Source: an uncultured delta proteobacterium
GTDB taxonomy: Bacteria; Myxococcota; Myxococcia; Myxococcales; Myxococcaceae
Length of the DNA: 64,000 nt
Direction: 5' to 3'
NCBI GenBank assembly: GCA_963731795.1
Contig: CAVSWU010000003.1
Coordinates: 902,216-966,215, forward strand
Positions 1 through 14,826 of this stretch are shown piece by piece. The notes below the pieces were generated by a model. That model worked only from the letters and a program-made list of their open reading frames with translations. It searched no databases and was not told the origin of the DNA. Positions within the stretch are counted from its first letter, which is position 1; every line of letters begins with the position of its first letter. The position numbers were made by a program, and so were the translations under genes.

Positions 1-781
1 GATCCACGTGCGAGGCCTGCGCCAGCGGCTCCTGGGAGGCCAGCGCCTCACGCGCCGCCTTCGCCCGGGCCAGCCGCTGCGGAAAGTCCTTGAGCAGAGG
101 CCCCAGCGGGTGCGCCTTCACCTTCGCCTCAGCCTCCTCCAGCAGCCCCGAGACGAGCAGGCCCTCCACCTCCAGCTCCAGCAGCCGCGTCTTTGCCTCC
201 TCGCGGTGCTTGCCCGCCGGGAAGTCCCGCAGGTACGCGAAGAGCTTCGTCGCTCCCGAGGCCCGCGCCTGGGCGAAGGCCTGATCATCCAGCCGCGCCT
301 CCACCTCCAACCGCCGCGGATCATCCCCCGCCTCGCGCAGGAAGGCCGAGAGCCGCTTCGGATCCTCCGACGTCGACAGCTCCTTCTGCTCGGCCTCGGT
401 CAGCAGCTTCTGCGCCTCCTCCTTGTGCGCCCCATCCGGGTGATCCGCCAGGAACTGGCGCCAGGCCGCCACCGTGCCCACCTCCTTCGCGGCGTTGAAG
501 CGCAGCCCCTCCAGCAACGCGCGTGCGGCGTGAGCCTGCGAGGCCTCGGGGTGTTCCTCCAGGAAGCGCTTGTAGGCCAGCACCGTGTGGAGCTTCTGCG
601 CCTGCGTGAACTCCAGTTCCTCCAGGCGCGCCTCGGCCGGCTCGGCCATGTCGTCCTTCGGGTACTCGCGGAGGAACTCTCGGTAGGCCTCGGCCGTGTC
701 CGCGTCCTTCGCGCGCTGGTACGCCTGGGACGCACAACCCGTGAGGGACAGCAGCACCGCGAGGACAAGAATCCTGGGCAT
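1..781 (-). CDS. TPR-like (BamD/YbgF-type) outer-membrane lipoprotein, partial. Its 3' end runs off the window start
   Basis: Reverse-strand ATG at 781-779. The N-terminus MPRILVLAVLLSLTGCAS has a signal peptide and an LTGC lipobox. The protein has repeated 'Y/FxxFLxEYP/HP' units typical of BamD/CpoB-like TPR lipoproteins. It is not in the ORF track because no stop lies inside the window. Confidence 0.7.
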   Translation of the reverse strand, partial: MPRILVLAVLLSLTGCASQAYQRAKDADTAEAYREFLREYPKDDMAEPAEARLEELEFTQAQKLHTVLAYKRFLEEHPEASQAHAARALLEGLRFNAAKEVGTVAAWRQFLADHPDGAHKEEAQKLLTEAEQKELSTSEDPKRLSAFLREAGDDPRRLEVEARLDDQAFAQARASGATKLFAYLRDFPAGKHREEAKTRLLELEVEGLLVSGLLEEAEAKVKAHPLGPLLKDFPQRLARAKAAREALASQEPLAQASHVD

Positions 782-911
782 CACCCCACCATTATCCCAC
801 CTGTCCAGAAACGGAAAACCCAAGCCTCCACGCCCGGTTGCTTGGGTAGGTTTTTTGACGACACAACCCGTCGGCGGGACCATGTAGCACGTGGACTTAC
901 AGGGAGGTCTC

Positions 912-1778
912 ATGAGGTTCGTCGCGCTGCTGGCCGGGATGGTGTGGATGACGGGGTGCGCCACGGGTGCCGCGGGGGCTCCGCTGGGCGGCGAGCTGTC
1001 CTTCGAGAACCTGCGCTACCGGCCCGCCACTCCCGCAGCCATGCCTCGCCCCATTCCGAATGAGGCCGAGGAGTCCGAGCCCGCCGTCGCGGAGGCTCCG
1101 TCCCGTGCGGAGCCGCGCCCCGCCGTGGCAAAGCGGGAGACGCCCGCGAGCAGGTCCGCGCCCCGAGTATCGCGCGCCGAGCCGAAGAAGCGTGTGCAGC
1201 CCGTCTCCCATCCTGTCGTGTCCCGGGATGCTCGCGAGACTGGTGCTCACCACCGCCCGCGCGCTGGTCGGCCAGTCCCAGGTGAAGGTGGGAGGCCGCA
1301 CCTACCCGAGCGACTGCACCGGGCTCGTGGAGGCGGTCTATACGGAGGCCGGCCTCTCTCTGCGAGGCACTGCGAAGCCGGGAGACAACGGCGTCACCGC
1401 GCTCTACCGCTACGCCCTGAACCACGGCCGTGTGTACAACGGCGGCCGGCCGGTGGCGGGGGATCTCGTCTTCTTCCGCGAGACGTACGATCAGAACCGC
1501 GATGGCCGGCGCAATGACGGGCTCACCCACGTGGGCATCGTGGACGAGGTGGACCGGGACGGCACCGTCACCGTGATCCACCGCGTGAAGCGCGGCGTGG
1601 TGCGCTACCGGATGAACCTCGCGAAGCCGAGCGTGGGCAAGGATCCTGCCACCGGCAAGATCCTCAACGACACGCTGCGAGCCCCGGGCCAGGGCCACTC
1701 CTTCGCCCTCACCGGCCAGCTCTTCGCGGCGTACGCCACCGTGCTCCCCGGCTCCAAGCCGGTGGTCGTCGCGCAGCG

Positions 1779-1782
<4 letters not shown>
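912..1782 (+). CDS. Lipoprotein with C-terminal CHAP/NlpC-P60-like cysteine peptidase (peptidoglycan hydrolase) domain. There is an apparent +1 frameshift near 1235-1250
   Basis: GGAGG RBS 4 nt before ATG 912. Signal MRFVALLAGMVWMTGC. The linker contains ELSFENLRYRPATPAAMP. The C-terminal domain in the other frame (967..1782) carries the CHAP Cys/His motifs (DCTGLVEAVY ... THVGIV). The frame switch occurs around SRDARE / LVLTTARALVGQ. Confidence 0.6.
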
Positions 1783-4574
<2,792 letters not shown>

Positions 4575-4741
4575 GGTGATGCCTCCACGCGAGTGCGAGC
4601 TCCGGGCTCGCAGCTCAGCGACGATGAGGGGGGGTGCTCAGGATCGTGCGCTCGCGAGGAGGCCCTGTAAATGGCGGCGGAAGAAAAGCCGCTCGCCAGA
4701 AGCAGAAGCCACTCGGGGTCACGCTCACCCCAGCGCGGACA

Positions 4742-5920
4742 TCAAGAGGCGCGGGCGGTGCGATCCCACGCCGGCTTTTGCGCGTTGCGCAGGAATCGCC
4801 AGAAGCCCACCACGATGGCCAGGTTCATCGTCACGAAGTAGTAGGCAATCGACGCGATGCGGCGCCCCGTCCCCTTCAGCACTCCGGCCTTCCCCAGGTA
4901 GGCCAGCGCGTAGAACATGAACTGGGTGAAGAGCGTCAGCCGGTAGAACACGCTATCCAGGAGGAACAGGTTTGCCAGGAGCGCCACCGCCATCAGCGCC
5001 GGCGCGCACCAGCGCAGCAGCTTGTGGGACCAGAAGGCGAACGCGGCGAAGCCCGCCGTGGGCCGCAGCAGCCCCGGCACCAGCTTCAGGCTCTGGAAGT
5101 TGCCCGCGGCGATCCGCGCCCGCCGCCCGAACTCCTTGCCGTAGTCCTCCGTCGTCTCCTCGTGCGCCACCGCCTCGTCCTCGTAGACGACCTTGTAGCC
5201 CTGATCGAGGATCCGCAGTGGGATGACAAAGTCATCCACGATGGTGGACGGAGGAAGCTGCGTGAAGAGCGTGCGGCGGATGGCGTACAGCCCACCGTTG
5301 GCTCCCACCACCGCGCCCCGCTTGCCCTCGTAGAACTTGATGAGCGACTCGTAGCTCCAGTAGGCGCTCTCCTCGTAGTCCTGCTTCGTCGGGTTGTAGA
5401 GCCGCAGCTTCCCGCAGACCGCGCCCACCTCCGGATCCTCGAAGTGGCGCACCAGCGCCTGGAGGGCGTCGGGCTCGATCATCGTGTTCGCGTCCGAGAG
5501 CACGATGATGTCCCCCCGGGCCGAGGGGATGCACCGGTTGAGCACCGTCGTCTTCCCGGCGCGCGGCGCCGGCGACAGCCGCACCCGCGAGTCCGTGCAC
5601 GCGCGGACGAGCTCATCCGTCCCATCCGTGGAGCCGTCCGAGCCAATCAGCACCTCGAAGCGGTCCGCCGGGTACTCCAGCGCCAGGCTGTTCTCCAGCT
5701 TCTGCCGGATGCAGCTCGCCTCGTTGTAGGCGGCCACCACCAGGCTCACCGAGGGCGCCGGCCTCTCCTTCAGCTCCCGGCGCCGGTTCTCCCCCTGCCG
5801 CATGGACCGGAGGGTGTGAAGCACCTGGGCCACACCCTCCAGGACGAAGAGACACAGTGGGTAGAAAAAGTACGTGTGCAACAGCAGCAAGGCCGCGAAC
5901 CAGAAGAAGACCTCCGCCAT
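4742..5920 (-). CDS. Family-2 glycosyltransferase, a membrane protein (PgaC/cellulose-synthase-like)
   Basis: Start MAEVFFWFAALLLLH is an N-terminal TM segment. The protein has DxD-type motifs (LIGSDGSTDGTDE, VLSDANT) and C-terminal TM helices. The longer 528-aa ORF upstream of this start has a composition-biased N-terminus, so the shorter start is preferred. Confidence 0.75.
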   Translation of the reverse strand: MAEVFFWFAALLLLHTYFFYPLCLFVLEGVAQVLHTLRSMRQGENRRRELKERPAPSVSLVVAAYNEASCIRQKLENSLALEYPADRFEVLIGSDGSTDGTDELVRACTDSRVRLSPAPRAGKTTVLNRCIPSARGDIIVLSDANTMIEPDALQALVRHFEDPEVGAVCGKLRLYNPTKQDYEESAYWSYESLIKFYEGKRGAVVGANGGLYAIRRTLFTQLPPSTIVDDFVIPLRILDQGYKVVYEDEAVAHEETTEDYGKEFGRRARIAAGNFQSLKLVPGLLRPTAGFAAFAFWSHKLLRWCAPALMAVALLANLFLLDSVFYRLTLFTQFMFYALAYLGKAGVLKGTGRRIASIAYYFVTMNLAIVVGFWRFLRNAQKPAWDRTARAS

Positions 5921-6086
5921 CACCCTCGCCTCCGCGCTCCCTGCACTCGATTGCAAGGGAGGATCAGCAAGGGGCGTGCCGGAAGAGCCCCCGCGGCTTC
6001 CCTCGGAGAGCGGGAGCCTCAGGCCCGGCCATGGCGTGCAATGCTGAACTTCCTCCAGCCCTGAGCGGAAAGAGACTGAAAGTCTG

Positions 6087-7992
6087 TCAGGGCGCGGGAG
6101 CGGTGGCGGCCGCCCACTTTTGGAGCGTCCGAGCGAGCGTGTGGTTCGGGTTGAGCGCCAGCACCGCGTCGAGCAAGGTCTGAGCCGTGGCCGGATCCTT
6201 CTGGCGCAGCGCCAGGCGGGCCCCCAGCACGTAGGCCCGAAGGAAGGTCTGGTCCTGCTGCCGCACCTGCGCCAGGGCGTCGACGACGTCCGGCAACGCA
6301 GCCGGTGGCGAGTGAGCGTTGAGGGCATACTCGGCCTGCGCGAGGTCGCTCCAGTGTGGGTGGGACTCCACCTTCCTCAGCCGCTCGGCCAGGGCGAGCG
6401 CCTCGGCGGAGCCGCTGACACCCTGGTAGATCGCCTGCGCCTTCACCCGCGCCACCACATCGGCCGACGGCTCCGTCTCGGGGGCCGCACGGATGACCTC
6501 GAAGGCCTGCTCGAGCCGCTTCGTGAGGTTCGCGACAGTGACGCTCGAGCGGTCGCCGCTGCTCGCCCAGGAGGATCAGCTCCTGTCTGCGCGCGTTGAC
6601 CCGGCTGGACCAGTCGGCGGTGGCCTTGGTGATCTCCAACTGGGAGATCTCCTTCTGGAGCCGCGCCTCCTCCAGGCGGATCCAGCTCGAGCTCCACCTG
6701 CGCGTCATCGAGCTGCAGCGCGAGCGCCACCACCAGCTCCGCCTGGGCCTCGGTGAACTTCGGGAACCGGCCCACCAGCGCGCTCAGCTGCTCGATGGCC
6801 TGCGCTCGGGAAGCCGAGTCATCCCGGCGCAGCAGGCTGACTGCCTCGTCCTTGGCGGACAGGGCCTCGACAGGCAGCTCCGCGCCCCGGTTGCGCCAGA
6901 CCGGGTACGACAGCCACGCCGTCAGGCCCAGCGCCACGACTGCCGCCAGGATGATGAGGATTCGCTCCTTGCCACTGCCCGAGGCCGGCTCCGCGGCTGG
7001 CCTGGCGCTCCCGGTCCGCTGCGGAACAATCAGCTCGGGTGGCAGCTCGAGCGCGGGCGCCCGGTGCGGGGCAGCCATGGGCCCACTGCGCTCCACCTCC
7101 GGCTCTGGAGGGAGGGATGGAAGCGCGGGTCCCGGCAGCGGGACAGGCTCTTCGGGCAGCTCGAGGGACGGCCCAGAGGGTAAGGAGACATCCACCATCG
7201 CCTTGCGCGCCGCCTCGACCTCCGCGGAGCCAAAGGTCTGGGTGATAGCCGACGTGGGCTGCGGGGCGGGAACCGAGGCCGCACCGAAAACCTGCGTCGT
7301 GCTGGCCGAGGGCGCCTTCGCGGCCACAGCGGGCGCGCCGAAGACCTGCGTCGTGCTGGCCGATGGGGGCTGGGGAGGGACAGAGGCCGCGCCGAAGACT
7401 TGCGTCGTCGTGGCCGGTGGAGGCTTGGGAGGGACCGAGGCCGCACCGAAAACCTGCGTCGTGGTGGCCGAGGGTGCCTTCGCGGCCACAGCGGGCGCGC
7501 CGAAGACTTGCGTCGTGGTCGCCGGTGGGGGCCGGGGAGGAACCGAGGCCGCACCGAAGACCTGCGTCGTGGTCGGCGAAGCTGCGGGAGTTCCAGGCGC
7601 GCCAAACACCTGGGTCTTCCCCCCGGGTGCCAGGGGCGCACTCACGGTCGCAGCGCCAAAGACCGAGCGTCCGCTGCCGAGACACTGTCGTCCTGCAGGC
7701 TCGCGGCGGCAGGAGCTGGCAGAGCCACTCCGAAGATCTGCGTCGTCTGGGTGTCCGGAGGCCCCTGCGTCGAGGCTCCCGCGAGGGGGCTACCGAAGAC
7801 CTGCGTGGTCGTGGCGATGGAAGCGCGGGAGGCCTGAGGGCTCGGGCTCTGCCCCGGGACGAAGACCGCCCCCGAAGGCGTGGCCGTGAAGACGAAGCTG
7901 CAGCGCGTGCACTGGACCGAGGCCCCCGAGGGCGGCAGCAGCCGAGGGTCGAGATCGTACTGAATCGAGCACTGGGGGCAGGCGATCTGCAC
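6087..7992 (-). CDS. MJ0042-type zinc-ribbon protein with TTQVFG tandem repeats, a TM segment and a C-terminal TPR domain. It is split over three frames by apparent frameshifts near 7650, 6715 and 6565
   Basis: The N-terminus is MQIACPQCSIQYDLDP...VQCTRCSFVF (zinc ribbon). About 13 TTTQVFGA repeats follow. A hydrophobic stretch ILIILAAVVALGLTAWL follows. The TPR-like C-terminus ends ...LNPNHTLARTLQKW. Frame switches sit at homopolymers: at 7650, restoring TTTT where the sequence reads TTT reunites the frames. Confidence 0.6.
7240..7800. repeat. Tandem in-frame coding repeats of ~33-66 nt, encoding the TTQVFGA(S/P) units
   Basis: The motif ccgaagac(c/t)tgcgtcgtg(c/g)t(g/c)gcc recurs more than 12 times on the + strand. 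Confidence 0.8.
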
Positions 7993-8019
7993 GCTGCGTG
8001 CTTACCACACGCGGGCGGG

Positions 8020-8412
8020 CTACGGCGCCTCTCGAAGCTCGGTGGCTGCCTGGAGAGTCTCCAACTTGGCAGCCCCCACGCCGGAGACGGCATCCACCTG
8101 GGCCCAGTTGGAGAAGCGTCCCTGGGCCTGGCGGGCCTCCACGAGCTTGTGCGCCAGCGAGCGCCCCACGCCCGGCAGCCGAGCCAGCTGCTCCTCCGAG
8201 GCGGAGTTGAGATCCAACTTCAGCCCGAGCGCCAGCGCCTGCGCGGCCGTGGGAGGGGCGCCGTCACCGCAGACGGCCACACCCTCCCGGAAGCGCACCG
8301 CGGAGGGCTCGCAATCGAGCGCCGGAGCCGGGCTCGGCCACCGCCACCGCACCACCCCACCGAGCGCCATCAGCCCGAGTGTCGCGGCGGCGAGCGAGCC
8401 CGTGCGGTTCAC
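8020..8412 (-). CDS. comEA: ComEA-like helix-hairpin-helix DNA-binding protein
   Basis: N-terminal signal/TM segment followed by DLNSASEEQLARLPGVGRSLAHKLVEARQ...FSNWAQVDAVSGVGAAKLETL (tandem HhH). Confidence 0.65.
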   Translation of the reverse strand: MNRTGSLAAATLGLMALGGVVRWRWPSPAPALDCEPSAVRFREGVAVCGDGAPPTAAQALALGLKLDLNSASEEQLARLPGVGRSLAHKLVEARQAQGRFSNWAQVDAVSGVGAAKLETLQAATELREAP

Positions 8413-8415
8413 CGA

Positions 8416-9680
<1,265 letters not shown>

Positions 9681-9819
9681 GGTGCTTGAGCCCCTCTCTG
9701 CTTGACGGGCGGACCCTATTGGGCGCATCCCCGGCTGTCAAAGCCGTCGTGTTACACCTTGCAGGGCTGTCCGTCTGCCCGCTTTGGGCTACGGTGCGCG
9801 CCCTTTCGTTGGAGCCCCC

Positions 9820-11411
9820 ATGTCCCTCCCCCGCCTGCTGATCGATGGAGACACCCTGAAGCTGGAGGAGATCCTCCAGGTGGCCCGCCACGCCGTCACG
9901 GTGGAGCTGGCCCCCGAAGCCGCCGCCCGGGTCGGCGCCGCCCGCTCCCTGGTGGACCGGGTAGCCGCGGGGGACACCCCGTCCTACGGCATCAACACCG
10001 GGTTCGGCACCCTGGCCGAGGTCCGTATCGACAAGAAGGATCTGCGGGAGCTGCAGCGCAACCTGATCCTCTCGCACGCGGCGGGGGTGGGCTCGCCACT
10101 GCCGCTGCCGGAGGCCCGAGCGCTGCTGCTGCTGCGGTGCAACGTGCTGGCCAAGGGGTACTCGGGCATCCGGCCGGAGACGCTCTCCCTGGCGCTGGAG
10201 ATGCTGAACCGGGACGTGGTGCCGGTGGTGCCCGAGCGAGGGAGCGTGGGCGCGTCCGGAGATCTGGCGCCGCTGGCGCACCTGGCGCTGGTGTTCATCG
10301 GCGAGGGCGAGGCGTTCTACCAGGGCCAGCGGCTCCCGGCCCGGCAGGCGCTGGAGCGGGCGGGGCTGCAGCCGGTGGTGCTGGAGGCCAAGGAGGGCCT
10401 GGCGCTGGTGAACGGCACGCAGGCCATGTGCGCGGTGGGCACCCTGCTCCAGCTGCGCGCGGAGATGCTGGCGGACCTGGCGGATCTGGCGGGGACGATG
10501 ACGCTGGAGGGGCTGCTCGGGAGCCACAAGCCGTTCATCCCGGAGATCCACGAGGTGCGAGCCCACGCAGGCCAGAAGGCGTGCGCGGCGCACCTGCGTC
10601 GGCTGCTGGTGGGCAGCGATCTGGTGGAGACGCACGTGAACTGCAGCAAGGTGCAGGATCCGTACAGCCTGCGCTGCATGCCGCAGGTGCACGGCGCGGC
10701 GCGCGAGGGGCTCTCGTTCGCGCGGCGGATCCTCGAGGTGGAGGTGAACAGCGCCACGGACAACCCGCTGGTGTTCGTGGACTCGGAGCGGATCGTCTCG
10801 GGAGGCAACTTCCACGGGCAGCCGGTGTCGCTGGCGCTGGACGTGGCGGCGATGGCGCTGACGCAGCTGTCGGCGATCAGCGAGCGCCGGGTGGAGCAGC
10901 TGGTGAACCCGTCGCTGTCGGGGCTGCCGCCGTTCCTGGCGAAGAACTCGGGGCTCAACTCGGGGTTCATGATCGCGCAGGTGACGAGCGCCGCGCTGGT
11001 GGCCGAGTCCCGCGTGCTGAGCCACCCGGCCTCGGTGGACTCCATCCCCTCCTCGGCGGGCCGTGAGGATCACGTGTCCATGGGCATGACGGCGGCGCTG
11101 AAGGCGCGGCAGGTGGCGGAGTTCACGCGCTCGTGCCTGGCCATTGAGATGCTGTGCGCGGCGCAGGCGCTGGACTACCGGCAGCCGGTGAAGGCGGGCC
11201 GGGGTCCGCAGGCGGCGTACGAGCTGATCCGCCGCAAGGTGCCCACGATGGAGAAGGATCGCGAGCTCCACCGGGACATCGAGGCGGTGAGCGCGCTGAT
11301 CGACTCGGGCGAACTGCTGGAGGCCGTGCGCGCCGCCACGGCGTCAGCCAGCTCAATCCAGGAAGCGCCGCTCCCACCGGCGCGTCTCTTCCATGGGGCG
11401 GCGAAGGATAG
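9820..11411 (+). CDS. hutH: Histidine ammonia-lyase. The 3' end is uncertain and may be frameshifted or truncated by the downstream insertion
   Basis: It has the MIO-forming motif [14 protein letters not shown] and full-length HAL similarity from [12 protein letters not shown] to ...[13 protein letters not shown]. No stop follows at the expected position; an alternate frame stops at 11411. Confidence 0.8.
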
Positions 11412-12258
11412 GGATAGCGGCACGATAGAGCCATGGTTCCAACACCTGGGCCAGCTCCCGATACGCGGGGAGCACTTCACCACGCTCCACATCGCCCGCC
11501 TCTGGCCAAGCCCCCAGGGTGACGACGACCTTGTCTCCCGCCAGTTCCTGCACGGTGGTGCCTGGGCTGTGGAGCCGAGTGCGCACTCCTTCAGCCCCTC
11601 CCAGTTCTCCCAACACGGGTTGGCCGAGAAAGTTCATCCAGTGCGGCCCCCTGAGGCGAGTACCCACATCCCACGAATACCCAGACTCACTTGAAACATC
11701 GATCCCCGGGTAACGCATCCAGTGGGGAGTCAGGGCTCTCGATACCCCCACGAGATCGAGCCCGCCATTGAACGCCAAGCCGCACGAACCCGAGCACAAG
11801 GGCAGCAGCGAGGCAATCTCGATCGCCAGCTCGCGCACCCGGCCTGGCCCATGCTCCTCAAGGAATTCGGTAGGCAGCCAGAACTGTGCCTCGCACATTG
11901 CATCCGGCTTGTACGCCCTGGAGATGACTTCAAAGTCCTTACCACGATACAGAAAGGCAAAGGTGCCTGAGACATCAGGCGCCTCCAAGGCAATGCGATG
12001 GTAGTTCCCCTCCAGAAGCTCTCGCCGGATGAGACCCCAACTGTGCTCGTTGAGGTCGCGCCACTCCCCTTCCTCGTCGGCGTATACACCCAGTGCCTGA
12101 GGCCCAACCCATCGCAAATAGACATCCAACGCGCTCATTACCTTTTGGGCAATGACTTGATGAGGGGGCCGCATGTAGAAGGTCAGGCTCAATCCTTCAC
12201 GCACCACTACAGTCCCGTTCCGAGCCTCAATGCGAATACGCGGGTAATGCTCACTCAT
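11353..12258 (-). CDS. Immunity-like protein, a hypothetical partner of the upstream secreted protein
   Basis: 301-aa ORF with good coding statistics but only ~58% GC against ~70% for its neighbours. It overlaps the upstream gene's stop by 4 nt. It overlaps the hutH 3' end convergently. Confidence 0.55.
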   Translation of the reverse strand: MSEHYPRIRIEARNGTVVVREGLSLTFYMRPPHQVIAQKVMSALDVYLRWVGPQALGVYADEEGEWRDLNEHSWGLIRRELLEGNYHRIALEAPDVSGTFAFLYRGKDFEVISRAYKPDAMCEAQFWLPTEFLEEHGPGRVRELAIEIASLLPLCSGSCGLAFNGGLDLVGVSRALTPHWMRYPGIDVSSESGYSWDVGTRLRGPHWMNFLGQPVLGELGGAEGVRTRLHSPGTTVQELAGDKVVVTLGAWPEAGDVERGEVLPAYRELAQVLEPWLYRAAIPILRRPMEETRRWERRFLD

Positions 12259-13084
12259 CGGCCGACTCCCAGATGCGGCTGAACGAGCCCGGGCTTCACC
12301 CCGAGGGCCTCGCCATACATCTCTCCTTGACTCCTTCCGCTATAGGGATGCCCCTTCGGGTAGTTCCTCCAAGAAGACCTGTTACTCGTGTTCATGCAAG
12401 GGAACTTGAAATCATAGGCATCCTGAACCCGGCGCGGATTCTCCTCATGGATGACGAGGTCCGGTTCCAGGGTTCCTCTCAATTCCTCGCCACGCCCCTG
12501 TCTCAGCAATTCTTCCACCACCTCTCGTGGAATGTATTCCGTCTTCCCCGTCCTCGGATCAAAGCGGTAGCGAGGCGTGAGGGTGAAGCCCCCTGGCCTC
12601 AGCTTGCTCAGTTTCTCCGCGGCGCACCGCAGCGCCACCTCGTGTTGCTCCACTCCCAGTTGCATCGCCCGAGTGATGGGCTGCCCATTCCGGTCCGTGC
12701 CCACCACCTCCTCGCACTCTTCGCGCGTGGGCCCCCGGTTGAAGTACTTGAGCATGACTTCGGAGCGCGCATTGTCCGCGCACTCGGCCAGCGCCTGGTC
12801 GATGGCGGCTCTCTCATTCTCTTCAAGCTCGCGGCTGGGCCGGACCAGAAGCCCTCCCGCCACTGCGGCTCCCACCAGCGAGCCGCTCGCCACGGTCGTG
12901 CTAGCGGCTGCATGCTGCCCCAGCACCGGTGGGCAGTTCGCCGGATCCCTCAGGCACGTGTTCGAGACCGTGTCCAGGCCGTACTGCCGTGCCGCTCCAT
13001 GGCCACCCACACAGGCCACGTGCAGCACGCACGCCCCCAGCATGGCGATGAAGCTCCAAGATCTCTGCTCACTCTGCCCTGGCA
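12255..13084 (-). CDS. Secreted protein or lipoprotein with a C-terminal domain of unknown function, a putative polymorphic toxin
   Basis: GGAGG RBS 6 nt upstream. The N-terminus MPGQSEQRSWSFIAMLGAC has a lipobox-like LGAC. It is translationally coupled to the lower-GC downstream gene. No catalytic motif was recognised in the C-terminal region. Confidence 0.5.
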
Positions 13085-13168
13085 TCTGCGCCTCCACTCT
13101 GGGAAATCCGTCCCCGCCGGCGACGGATTGATCTCTCGCACCGCGAGGAGGAACAAGAGAAGGCCTGG

Positions 13169-14767
13169 CTACGCCGCCGCGCGCCCGAGCGAGTTCGTCA
13201 CCACCGTCTGCGTCCCGGTGAGCGCCAGGGGACTGCGCCGCACGGCGGCCTTCTCCAGCCCGGCGCCGCTCTGCGCCCACCACTGCGCGGCATCCTCTTC
13301 CGTCCACCGGCCCGCGTCCGCGCACAGCTCCAGCGCGATCCGCAGCTCACGCGCGTTGGTGAAGCGGGACTCGGGGCGCTTCTCCAGGCACCGGAGGATG
13401 GTGCCACACAGATCGTCCGGCAGCTCTCGCCCCAGCCGCGAGCTCGGCGGTATGGGCACCGTGTTCACGTGGTGCGAGCAGATCTCCGACGCGCTCTGGC
13501 CCGCGAAGACATGGCTCCCAGTGAGCAGCGCATAGCCCACCGCGCCCAGCGAGTAGAGATCCGCGCGCCCATCCACCCTCGTCGGATCCGTGATCGCCTC
13601 CGGCGCCAGGTAGTGAGGCGTGCCGGCCACCACGTTCGCCCGGCCAGAGCCCGGCTCCTCGGAGACGCCGAGCTGCTTCACCAGCCCGAAGTCCAGCACC
13701 TTCACCATGTCCGGCACGCCCCGGCGGCGGCAGAGGAACAGGTTGGCCGGTTTGATGTCGCGGTGGAGCAGCCCCTGGCTATGCGCCTCCTCCAGCGCTC
13801 CGCACACCTGGCGGAGGATGTGGATGACGCGCGCGGGCGACTGCGGCCCCGCGCCGACCAGCAGGCGCTCCAGATCCACGCCCTCCAGGTACTCCATCAC
13901 GTAATAGAAGAGCCCCTCGGCGGTGCGGCCGTAGTCATAGATGGCGATGGTGTTGGGGTGGGTGAGCTGGCTGGTGAGCTGCACCTCGCGCTCGAAGCGC
14001 TCCAGGCTCTGGCCGTCCGCGTCCGAGCGCAGGAGCTTGATGGCCGTGCGGCGGCGCATCATCGCGTGGCTGGCCAGGTACACCTCCCCCATGGCCCCCG
14101 CGCCCAGCAGCTCGAGCAGGGTGTACTGGCCCAGCTTGCGCGCGTCTCGCACCTGCTGGCGCAGGCCGTGGACGACCCGGGTGATCAGGGTGGCCATGAT
14201 GACGGCGATGGCGCTCCAGAGCAGCGCATCGAGCGCGGGCAGGAGGAAGCCTTCGGGCGCCTCACGCCGCAGCAGGGCCAGGAAGATCACGTCCGGCAGC
14301 ACCCCCGCCACCGTGACCCAGAACGTCCTCCGGGCGGAAGTCGGGATGATCACCGCGCGGCAGATCAGCGCGGCGTTGGTCCCCAGCAGCAGCGAGAGGG
14401 CGTCGTTGTCGAAGTAGGCATCGAGCTTCATCAGGAAGAGCGCTGACAGCAGCCCCACGCTCTCCAGCCAGCGCAGGAGCCGCGTGGACCGCTTATCCGT
14501 ACGGCACACCTGCCAGAACGCGAACGCGACCATGACACTGGCCAGGTGATAGGCATAGGCCGGCGCGATGATCACGGTCAGCCACGAAGTACCGACGAAC
14601 ACGATCGCAGCGAGGCTGGTGATGACGTAGAAGCCGGCGTCCAGAAGGAAGAGCGTCTTGAAGAGGAACACCAACCGCTGCTGCAGGAATGCACGCTCCT
14701 CCTCCGGGGGGAGCGTCCCGGCAGTGGAGGCTGTCGGCTGAGCCAGATCTGGTCCGAGGTGAACCAT
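13169..14767 (-). CDS. Membrane-anchored Ser/Thr protein kinase
   Basis: Four to five N-terminal TM helices are followed by a Hanks kinase domain (GAGAMGEVY, AIK, HRDIKPANL, DFG, APE). Confidence 0.85.
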   Translation of the reverse strand: MVHLGPDLAQPTASTAGTLPPEEERAFLQQRLVFLFKTLFLLDAGFYVITSLAAIVFVGTSWLTVIIAPAYAYHLASVMVAFAFWQVCRTDKRSTRLLRWLESVGLLSALFLMKLDAYFDNDALSLLLGTNAALICRAVIIPTSARRTFWVTVAGVLPDVIFLALLRREAPEGFLLPALDALLWSAIAVIMATLITRVVHGLRQQVRDARKLGQYTLLELLGAGAMGEVYLASHAMMRRRTAIKLLRSDADGQSLERFEREVQLTSQLTHPNTIAIYDYGRTAEGLFYYVMEYLEGVDLERLLVGAGPQSPARVIHILRQVCGALEEAHSQGLLHRDIKPANLFLCRRRGVPDMVKVLDFGLVKQLGVSEEPGSGRANVVAGTPHYLAPEAITDPTRVDGRADLYSLGAVGYALLTGSHVFAGQSASEICSHHVNTVPIPPSSRLGRELPDDLCGTILRCLEKRPESRFTNARELRIALELCADAGRWTEEDAAQWWAQSGAGLEKAAVRRSPLALTGTQTVVTNSLGRAAA

Positions 14768-14826
14768 TCAGAGTGAATGTTCTATCACCGTTGGAGGGGA
14801 ACAGGGCAGCCCTTCCTCCCAGGCCC

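Noticed and set aside
8-1063. 351-aa + strand ORF rich in R/L/Q/P
   Set aside because: It is antisense to the well-supported lipoprotein gene (<1..781, -). Its composition (Arg/Pro/Gly bias) is typical of a spurious high-GC reading frame.
9702-11066. 454-aa + ORF inside hutH in another frame
   Set aside because: It is a low-complexity Gly/Ala/Arg/Pro translation of the alternate frame of a clearly conserved gene.
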